Below, piece by piece: positions 57,664 to 64,000 of a stretch of DNA of 64,000 nt. The stretch is taken from contig CALSRB010000005.1 of assembly GCA_943788655.1 (NCBI GenBank), positions 258,502-322,501 of the forward strand, read 5' to 3'. Position 1 is the first letter of the stretch; each line of letters starts with the position of its first letter. The notes under the pieces were generated by a model. That model made no database searches and was not told the DNA's origin. It saw only the letters and a program-made list of their open reading frames with translations. The translations under genes were made by a program, and so were the position numbers. This stretch comes from Candidatus Poseidoniaceae archaeon (lineage in GTDB: Archaea; Thermoplasmatota; Poseidoniia; Poseidoniales; Poseidoniaceae).

Positions 57664-58953
57664 ATGGCAGCGGGCACGAAAGGGGCAGAGAAGCGCCTGC
57701 GCGTTCTCGTCGTGCGCGGTTCGTTCGCTCAGCTCGGTGGTGCTGAGCGGGAGTTGTTGCAACTGTTGCGCAACGTCGATCAGCGTTGGGATGTTGGCCT
57801 TGCCACGCTCGAATTCCCGGAGCACGCTCGCTCGTTGATTGAAGGAGCCGACATCACCGTTTACTCACTCGATACGCCCCTTGAATGGCCGAGCGGTGCG
57901 GCTGCCGAGGTGCTTGCTTCTTCCAGTAAGAAAACAGCAAAGGCCTGGAAGGATGTCGACATCCCATTCCAAAACTACGACGCTGTTCACCTTTCTGTGT
58001 GCCCTGGCACCCTCGAGATCTTACCAAGAATCCCTGCAGGACTCCCTGTTCACTATCATTGCCTTGAGCCGCCCCGGTGGTTGTACGAAGATTTGCTCCA
58101 CAGGCGTCTTGATGGAACGCTGAAGCGCCCGTTATGGCTCACGAACCTGATTTTTTCGCTGCAACGACGGCGTGACAAAGCGTATGTTCGCCAGCTTATT
58201 GCACGGCCTCATGCCACCCTTTCCGGCAATTCGCCATGGATTCAACAATGGATTTCCGAACTCTATGGTGTGGCCAGCAGCCCAACAAAAACAAACGGTG
58301 AACCCCCCGAACGAGACGCACACCACCGACTGACTGAAGCCACGCATGTACTGAATGTCATCGACTTGGAGAGTTGGCCACAACACCCAACTGATGATGA
58401 GCAAACGGCCCTTGAGGAGGCACCTGCAACCCCGGCAGAGTATGTTGTCACCGTTGGCCAAGTCATCCATGCCAAAGGAGCGTGGTCGACTGTTGAATCG
58501 CTGAAAGACACCGGGCTTGGCCTTGTTCAAGTCGGCGGAGGCAGGGAAGAGGACAAGCAAGCACTTGTTCAACGGGGCAAGGCAATCGGCGTCGAAGTCG
58601 TCTGCATGCCAAGGCTTTCCCAAGCGGCGCTACGAGCCATTATTCGTGGCAGCCGGGCAATGGTAAGCCATGCTCGCCGCGAACCGTTTGGCCTCACACC
58701 GATTGAAGCGATGGCAATTGGGGTACCTGCATTAATGGTGAATGAGAGTGGTTTTGCCGACACAATGGCTGCTTCAGGCTCTGGTCGCTTGATTGAACGG
58801 AGCGATTTGGGTGCATGGAAAGCAGCCTATCTCGATGCAAAGGATCCTCAGCTGCGCCAGCAATGGGCCGAAGCGGGACGACCCTATGTCGAAGCGAGGT
58901 TTTCGATGCAGGTTCAAATCGAAGCCCTCGAACGATTGCTGGTTGTTCATTAA
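57664..58953 (+). CDS. glycosyltransferase family 4 (GT-B)
   Basis: Track ORF 57583..58953 (GTG); likely ATG 57664 (MAAGTKGAEKRLRVLVVRGSFAQLGGAE). C-terminal EX7E motif REPFGLTPIEAMAIGVPALMVNESG. Confidence 0.75.
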   Translation: MAAGTKGAEKRLRVLVVRGSFAQLGGAERELLQLLRNVDQRWDVGLATLEFPEHARSLIEGADITVYSLDTPLEWPSGAAAEVLASSSKKTAKAWKDVDIPFQNYDAVHLSVCPGTLEILPRIPAGLPVHYHCLEPPRWLYEDLLHRRLDGTLKRPLWLTNLIFSLQRRRDKAYVRQLIARPHATLSGNSPWIQQWISELYGVASSPTKTNGEPPERDAHHRLTEATHVLNVIDLESWPQHPTDDEQTALEEAPATPAEYVVTVGQVIHAKGAWSTVESLKDTGLGLVQVGGGREEDKQALVQRGKAIGVEVVCMPRLSQAALRAIIRGSRAMVSHARREPFGLTPIEAMAIGVPALMVNESGFADTMAASGSGRLIERSDLGAWKAAYLDAKDPQLRQQWAEAGRPYVEARFSMQVQIEALERLLVVH

Positions 58954-58973
58954 GGGTCAGCGGTTTAACCTCC

Positions 58974-59618
58974 GTGAACACTGAGGGGACCCCAAAGAAA
59001 CTGGCCATCATCGGCGCTGGCGGCATCGGAAGCAATCTTGCTGAACTTTTGATTCCTGCCTTGCGAAGGTTGAGCATATCTGCAAACATAACTGTGATGG
59101 ATGATGACGTGGTTGAGTCGGGGAACCTTGGCCATCAACGCTACACTGAGAACGACCTTGGTGTCAAAAAGGTGGATGCATTGGTTTCAAGATTACACAA
59201 CGAATCAAGCACTGTCCAAGTTTCTGCTTGCACAGAAAACCTCCGTGATGCAACCCAACTGGGTGGTTTTGACATGGTTGTTGTCTGCGTCGATCGGCCT
59301 GAACCACGCCGACTTGTGCATGCACTAAATGTTCCATGGGTTGACTTGAGATGCGGTGGTGACGGGTACGTGATGTTGAGTTACCAATCTGAACGTTCCC
59401 TTGTTCGCCACATGACACCAGACCATCAACCGATGAGCTGCCAACACCCCGGCGCCCTCGAAGATGGCAACCTTGAATTTGGATTTGCCAACGCAGCTTC
59501 ACTCGGTGCTCAATGGGCGCTCCAACTGCTCCGGGGCCAACAACCTCCTGTGCAATCGATGGGATCGTTGACCTATGGTGCGTTCAATTTCCCAACTGTC
59601 CCTGAGGTGAACGCATGA
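58974..59618 (+). CDS. minimal ThiF/MoeB/E1-like adenylyltransferase-superfamily protein (~214 aa)
   Basis: Rossmann motif KLAIIGAGGIGSNLA. E1 signature MDDDVVESGNLGHQRY (compare DxDxVExSNLNRQ). Further E1-like blocks GVKKVDALVSRLHNESS and FDMVVVCVDRPEPRRLV. No CxxC zinc motif and no rhodanese domain. Start placed at GTG 58974 because the upstream part of track ORF 58815.. overlaps the GT4 gene. The last codons overlap the next gene's ATG (ATGA). Confidence 0.65.
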   Translation: MNTEGTPKKLAIIGAGGIGSNLAELLIPALRRLSISANITVMDDDVVESGNLGHQRYTENDLGVKKVDALVSRLHNESSTVQVSACTENLRDATQLGGFDMVVVCVDRPEPRRLVHALNVPWVDLRCGGDGYVMLSYQSERSLVRHMTPDHQPMSCQHPGALEDGNLEFGFANAASLGAQWALQLLRGQQPPVQSMGSLTYGAFNFPTVPEVNA

Positions 59619-60169
59619 TTGTCATACCAGATTTGGACCAACTTGAGTTGGACGATGAGGCATGGGGCCGTCTGTGCACCATGGCGGGCGAACGTCGAAT
59701 CGGAGATGAAATCATGGAGATACAAGCCAAAGCAGCGCTTCTTGGCCGATGGGATGTGGTGTATGTTTTGTCTCGGCTTGCTGGTTTGGAAACATCAGTG
59801 CTTATCGATGCTGAAGACAATGTTTCCGTCGATTGGGGAAGCCCCGGTCGAGTCGCCCTGGCCCCTCCTGTTGGATGCGCTGCACCGTTCAAGGTGTGGA
59901 CGCACACACACCCAGGGTTTGAGGCGTATTGGAGTGGAACGGATACCAACAGTTTGGCGATTGCGAGTGGGATTGTTTCCAAGGCGCTGGTGCTTGGGGC
60001 ACCCGGCATTAAACAGAGCCGGAACGCAACGCTCGCTTCAGTTGACGACGAAGTGGATCGGATTTCACCCCAAGAACCGTTGAACTACTGGACGGATGAA
60101 CCTGTGACTCCATGGGCTTCCTTTTATGCAGAATTATCGGAACAAGCGATGGTCGAGGTGAGCGCATGA
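59615..60169 (+). CDS. JAMM/MPN+ family metalloprotease (deubiquitinase-like), 184 aa
   Basis: Complete JAMM motif VWTHTHPGFEAYWSGTDTN (HxHx7Sx2D) with upstream acidic residue (LIDAEDN). ATG overlaps the stop of the E1-like gene; its own stop overlaps the next ATG. Confidence 0.65.
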   Translation: MIVIPDLDQLELDDEAWGRLCTMAGERRIGDEIMEIQAKAALLGRWDVVYVLSRLAGLETSVLIDAEDNVSVDWGSPGRVALAPPVGCAAPFKVWTHTHPGFEAYWSGTDTNSLAIASGIVSKALVLGAPGIKQSRNATLASVDDEVDRISPQEPLNYWTDEPVTPWASFYAELSEQAMVEVSA

Positions 60170-60405
60170 CGTCAATTCGAGCCCCGAAAGATGAAGACGA
60201 GCGGAGAAAGGCGCACCTCGCTGTTGCATTAGGCATGGGTCGCTGTCTTGAGGATGTGGTTGGAGAAATCATCGGTGAAATCCCTGACGAAGCCCTGCTC
60301 ATGGCCATTCGAAATAGAATTCAATTTGCACAAGAAGCAAAGGAAACACTCGACTTTACCGCCCTTGTCAAAGGGATCATTGAACTCCAAAATGAACACG
60401 TATAG
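60166..60405 (+). CDS. small predicted alpha-helical protein (79 aa), function unknown
   Basis: In-frame ATG at 60166 inside track ORF 60112..60405, overlapping the JAMM stop (ATGA). MTSIRAPKDEDERRKAHLAVALGMGRCLEDVVGEI... has no Gly-Gly C-terminus. Confidence 0.45.
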   Translation: MTSIRAPKDEDERRKAHLAVALGMGRCLEDVVGEIIGEIPDEALLMAIRNRIQFAQEAKETLDFTALVKGIIELQNEHV

Positions 60406-60415
60406 AGGTGAACAT

Positions 60416-61357
60416 ATGAAGGTCCCACACAACGAATGCACGGCGTTCAATTGTGTGCTGTGTCATGCTTGGTCGCCTAAAGAATTACGCCGCCAAGACC
60501 TTCATCGTGCTTGGCATAAGAACCTGCAAGCAATGCCGAACGAACAAGCAGAAGAGGTTGGTCAATCCAACAAGATGACATTGGATACGCTGCTCGATCA
60601 AGTTCAGCCTGACCAAGCAGCCGGTGTTTCACTCATCTCATTGCCTGACGAAGCACCGCAACTTATGGCCCATTGCATGGGCTACAATGAGCCAAATTTA
60701 CGCCATCAACTCGAGGCTCGAGCGTTGAAGGACGATGGAGCATTGAGTTTGGAAGATTGGCTTGCGCTGACGCCATACATGATGTTGGATCGTGAAGGCG
60801 AGGTGTCCTACGAACAACGCGGTCAGTTGATGGGGCGCTTTGATTACGAGACAACGAGGTTTTTCCTCGAAATCTGGCATGGTTATTATGGTGTGAACAA
60901 TGCCCTTCGGCTGAGAAACAGCATGGTTCGGATTCATTCTGTCCTTGAGGGCCTACCTTCTACTGAACGCCGTGCATTGACTTTTTTGCACGAAACAGTG
61001 GATGCACAACCTGAGCGAATTGTCGTTGAAGAAGATGGAAGCCTGACCGTTCATGGTGAATCCGGATTGCATTGGCTCATTCTCCCAAGTCATCGAAAGG
61101 TGCCAATTGTCAAGTGCAAAGAAATTGCGAAAACTGTTTGTATTCAACCCCATGGCCATCAATTGGAATGCCCGAGTGGAGATTATCCTGCTCTGTACGC
61201 CATCAGCATGCTCAATGATCTGGCAACATCCCTTCGAGTGCACACGTTATCCGATGGTCTTGTGACCGAGTTGAAAAAGGCACGATCACGCGTTGGTGTA
61301 ACCGGGCTTCCGGCCTTCAATCAACGCAGAGAGTCCTTCCAGCGAGTCTTTGGTTGA
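60416..61357 (+). CDS. hypothetical protein with N-terminal and C-terminal Cys/His clusters (313 aa)
   Basis: Track ORF 60248..61357; start placed at ATG 60416, 10 nt after the previous stop (MKVPHNECTAFNCVLCHAW is a C-x4-C-x2-C-H cluster). A second cluster lies near the C-terminus: KCKEIAKTVCIQPHGHQLECPSGDYP. No recognised catalytic motif. The last 72 nt overlap the convergent fadB-like gene. Confidence 0.5.
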   Translation: MKVPHNECTAFNCVLCHAWSPKELRRQDLHRAWHKNLQAMPNEQAEEVGQSNKMTLDTLLDQVQPDQAAGVSLISLPDEAPQLMAHCMGYNEPNLRHQLEARALKDDGALSLEDWLALTPYMMLDREGEVSYEQRGQLMGRFDYETTRFFLEIWHGYYGVNNALRLRNSMVRIHSVLEGLPSTERRALTFLHETVDAQPERIVVEEDGSLTVHGESGLHWLILPSHRKVPIVKCKEIAKTVCIQPHGHQLECPSGDYPALYAISMLNDLATSLRVHTLSDGLVTELKKARSRVGVTGLPAFNQRRESFQRVFG

Positions 61358-63376
61358 GAAAATCTCAGTCAACCGGTCGAGTTCCATTTGCAAACCTGCT
61401 GACAAGTCTGTCTTGGAAGTTGCATCGATCAAGTCGCTTGCCATCTTCAACGCAATTGGGGCTGTTCTGGAGAGGGATTTCATTTGCCGAGCGATGTTCT
61501 TGTCGTCTGCATCAAATCCATCTGGGCAGGTTCCTGCCATGATTGTCGCCATGTTCTCGTCGCTGTAGAACGAAGTGGCGAATGAGGCGACGGCTGAATC
61601 TGGATGCGCTGGTGAACCTGGGTATTTGTTGCTGGGCTTGCCTTGGCTGGCAAGTTCGCTGACACATGCATCCACCGATGCGACATCGACCAAATGGGTT
61701 AACAGTCCCAGATCGAATCCTGTTTGAGCGTTCATGAAATTTCCAGCAAGGACCGACCAGCGAGCTGCTGGGATGCCACAAATTCGTGCAGGCCGTTGAG
61801 TACCGCCCAATCCGGGATAGATACCAATCGAAGTTTCTGGGAAGCGGAATTGTGTGCGACGTGTTCCGATTCGGTAGTCACATGCAAGAGCAAGTTCCAA
61901 ACCGCCACCAAGCGCCAACCCTGTGGTCAGTGCCACCGTTGTCTTTCTTGAAGATTCCAATTTGTTGAGCATGGTGTGGCCATCTGCAGTGAAGGTCACA
62001 ATTTCAGGAATTGAATCAGCACGGATCTTGTCGACAAAGAATTTCACATCCGCTCCAGCCACGAAGGCCTTTCCGGCACCATCGAGAACGATGGTGTGGA
62101 CCGAATCGTCAGCATTCACTGCATCGAGCGCTGAGTTGAGTTGGCCGACCACAGTTTCGTTGAGGGCGTTCATGGCTTCTGGTCGGTTGATGGTAAGGGT
62201 TGCAACGCCATTCTCAATCGAAGTGTCGACGTAGGAGAAGTTCCATGCTTGATTCGAAGTTGCTTGTGCACCGAAGAATTCAGGCACCTTCCATGCTCGT
62301 GCTTCGTCGCTTTGAGCGCTCAATGAGGCGTAGGCTTCAGCCATGCGATGAGCTTCTTGAATTCCAACTCGGTTCATCATTTCAAATGGACCTCGTGCCC
62401 ATCGCAGACCAACCTTAGCGCCTCGATCAACATCTTCCATCGAGCAAACTCCTTCTTCGACGATTTGTGCAGCCACGCCAAACACAACACCGTACAGTCG
62501 TTCCGCAATGGTCGTGTATTGTTCAGATGAATAGGCATCATCACCTGCAACATCCCAATGAGCATTGGCTTCAATCAAATCACGCAAGTTTTGAGCACCA
62601 ACATAGCGGGGGGTGTGCAATTGTTCGGCAAGGTAATCCGTTGAATGAAGGGCAATCGGTGGGCCAGTCAAGTTCATCAGTCCAAATGGACCAAGTCCAA
62701 TGCGGAATGCTTTGCAAGCCGCTGCATCGATCTGCGCTGCTGTTGCAACGCCCTCTTCGAGGAGCAAGCATGCTTCGTTGAGCCAAGGCACAAAGAAGCG
62801 GTTGACGACGAAACCTGGTCGGTCACCACAAACGATGACCACCTTTCCGAGCATCTTGCAGTACTGAACGACCTTTTCAATCGTTTCAGGACTTGATGAT
62901 GCCGCTGGTATAACTTCGACCAATCGGTTCTTGGCTGGGTGGTAAAAGAAGTGCAGACCAACGAATCGATCAGGTCGGCCTGTTGCTTCAGCAAGCGCAT
63001 TAACTGAAAGTGAAGAAGTGTTTGAGGCAAGAATCGTATCTGGTCCACACGCTGCATCGAGTGTGGTGAACACGGCGGTTTTTACATCGAAGTCTTCGAA
63101 CACAGCCTCAATGACAAGATCGGTGTTCGCAGCGGTGTTTTCAACACCGACAACCCCAGTGATGCGCCCTTGGATGGCCTCCACTTGAGCAGGGGAGAAA
63201 ATTCGTCGCTCCACTGCTTCGGAGAGGAAATCACTGATGATGCCTTGACCACGGTCAACCCATTGTTGCTCTCGGTCCACCATTTGAACGTCGAATTCTT
63301 CCTGAGCTGTCTTCTGTGCGATTCCGGAACCCATGTTCCCCGCACCAACAATTGCCACTCGCTGAATAGGTTGCAT
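61286..63376 (-). CDS. fused 3-hydroxyacyl-CoA dehydrogenase (N-terminal) / enoyl-CoA hydratase (C-terminal) beta-oxidation enzyme
   Basis: Track ORF 61286..63430; likely start ATG 63376 (MQPIQRVAIVGAGNMGSGIAQK, the HCDH Rossmann motif). C-terminal crotonase region TTGLALGGGLELALACDYRIG. The HCDH-then-ECH order is the reverse of bacterial FadB. Confidence 0.8.
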   Translation of the reverse strand: MQPIQRVAIVGAGNMGSGIAQKTAQEEFDVQMVDREQQWVDRGQGIISDFLSEAVERRIFSPAQVEAIQGRITGVVGVENTAANTDLVIEAVFEDFDVKTAVFTTLDAACGPDTILASNTSSLSVNALAEATGRPDRFVGLHFFYHPAKNRLVEVIPAASSSPETIEKVVQYCKMLGKVVIVCGDRPGFVVNRFFVPWLNEACLLLEEGVATAAQIDAAACKAFRIGLGPFGLMNLTGPPIALHSTDYLAEQLHTPRYVGAQNLRDLIEANAHWDVAGDDAYSSEQYTTIAERLYGVVFGVAAQIVEEGVCSMEDVDRGAKVGLRWARGPFEMMNRVGIQEAHRMAEAYASLSAQSDEARAWKVPEFFGAQATSNQAWNFSYVDTSIENGVATLTINRPEAMNALNETVVGQLNSALDAVNADDSVHTIVLDGAGKAFVAGADVKFFVDKIRADSIPEIVTFTADGHTMLNKLESSRKTTVALTTGLALGGGLELALACDYRIGTRRTQFRFPETSIGIYPGLGGTQRPARICGIPAARWSVLAGNFMNAQTGFDLGLLTHLVDVASVDACVSELASQGKPSNKYPGSPAHPDSAVASFATSFYSDENMATIMAGTCPDGFDADDKNIARQMKSLSRTAPIALKMASDLIDATSKTDLSAGLQMELDRLTEIFSTKDSLEGLSALIEGRKPGYTNA

Positions 63377-63426
63377 GGCTTTGCGAATGGAACTTCGCTC
63401 ATGAACAATGCGGCCCTGCGTTTCCC

Positions 63427-64000
63427 TCAAAAGAGGCTGTTGTAAGCATCGCTTGTTCGTTGATTGTAGACGTTCATGTCAAACGAATGAGCGTGGGCAA
63501 CAAGCGCTTGGTCAGCATCTGGCCATCGATGTTTTTCGTCCGAAGAAGTGCGCTGCTTCCACCCTTGATGGACATCAAGCAGCGCAGCCCGCCATGACAC
63601 GACATCGTCTGCTGGCAAACAGGAGCCTTCTGGCATCAATTCATTATGCGAAGCTTCGTTCGAACAGAGCACTCGCGTTCCTGTCGCCATTGCTTCGAGT
63701 GGAGGGTATCCAAAGCCTTCACTGATGCTTGGGAACAGCAGTGCTTCGCTTGCAAATCGCATGTCCATGAGAGCGGTGTCCGACAAATCGCCGCCGTGAG
63801 CGGTGAAGTGTGGAATGGAATGTGCGGCTGCGAGTTCGACAATCGATGGTGCACCAGTGGGTGATTTGGGATCTCCAACATGATGAACGTGGAGGTCTTG
63901 CTTTACTTCTGCATCGAGGCCGCCAAGCACATTGAACAAGAAATCCATTCGTTTTCTCGGGTCATGGCTTCCGACAATCAAGAGGTGGCAGGCCCGCCCC
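63427..64000 (-). CDS. glycosyltransferase family 4, C-terminal part (gene continues beyond window end)
   Basis: Frame open to the window edge. GT4 C-terminal motif FPSISEGFGYPPLEAMATGTRVLCSNEAS (EX7E). Stop at 63427. Confidence 0.65.
   Translation of the reverse strand, partial: GRACHLLIVGSHDPRKRMDFLFNVLGGLDAEVKQDLHVHHVGDPKSPTGAPSIVELAAAHSIPHFTAHGGDLSDTALMDMRFASEALLFPSISEGFGYPPLEAMATGTRVLCSNEASHNELMPEGSCLPADDVVSWRAALLDVHQGWKQRTSSDEKHRWPDADQALVAHAHSFDMNVYNQRTSDAYNSLF

Noticed and set aside
58815-58973. N-terminal 53 codons of track ORF 58815..59618 (E1-like)
   Set aside because: This stretch overlaps the C-terminus of the GT4 gene (57664..58953) in another frame and lies upstream of the Rossmann GxGxxG motif, which normally sits at the extreme N-terminus of E1-like proteins. 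Start placed at in-frame GTG 58974.
1-64000. Search for CRISPR arrays, IS elements, transposases or integrases
   Set aside because: No regularly spaced short direct repeats with unique spacers were seen. No DDE transposase, tyrosine or serine recombinase motifs were recognised in any ORF. The only repeats are coding TSP3/beta-helix units.

Overview
The window reads as an archaeal chromosomal segment, possibly from a marine Thermoplasmatota-like lineage, and I found no recognised defence system in it. Archaeal markers include the radical-SAM wyosine enzyme TYW1/Taw1 with a Trm5/Tyw2-like methyltransferase, two stand-alone RAM-domain proteins, a PhoU regulator with an AbrB-type N-terminus, and a HCDH-ECH order beta-oxidation fusion. 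A tRNA lacks an encoded CCA, several upstream regions carry TATA-box/SD-like signals, and the proteome is strongly acidic. Coding density is high.

The first ~28 kb is dominated by four giant type-I membrane proteins (850-2100 aa). They combine FG-GAP, thrombospondin-type-3-like, beta-helix and Ig-like ectodomains with a single C-terminal TM helix and a charged cytoplasmic tail, and are interleaved with glycosyltransferases. This looks like an integrin-like surface/glycosylation island.

Other content:
- Recognisable genes: uvrC, gpmA, gmd, cold-shock protein, a PiT phosphate transporter divergent from PhoU, a cyclophilin, an S15 peptidase and an AlkB-type membrane hydroxylase.
- A TetR-linked ABC exporter with two different ATPases and a 1206-aa double-FtsX permease whose ectodomain contains pentapeptide repeats.
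- A large STAND-like NTPase with an N-terminal winged helix.
- A tRNA-Arg flanked on one side by a ~3.2 kb stretch of multiply frameshifted genes and on the other by an ORF-free segment with RNase-P-RNA-like motifs.

The most interesting candidate is a translationally coupled four-gene cassette at 58974-61357. It encodes a minimal ThiF/E1-like adenylyltransferase, a JAMM/MPN metalloprotease (HxHx7Sx2D), an 80-aa helical protein and a 313-aa Cys/His-cluster protein. It resembles a ubiquitin-like conjugation/deconjugation module, but I could not find a recognisable ubiquitin-like protein or E2. All functional calls rest on motif recognition by eye; no database search was possible.
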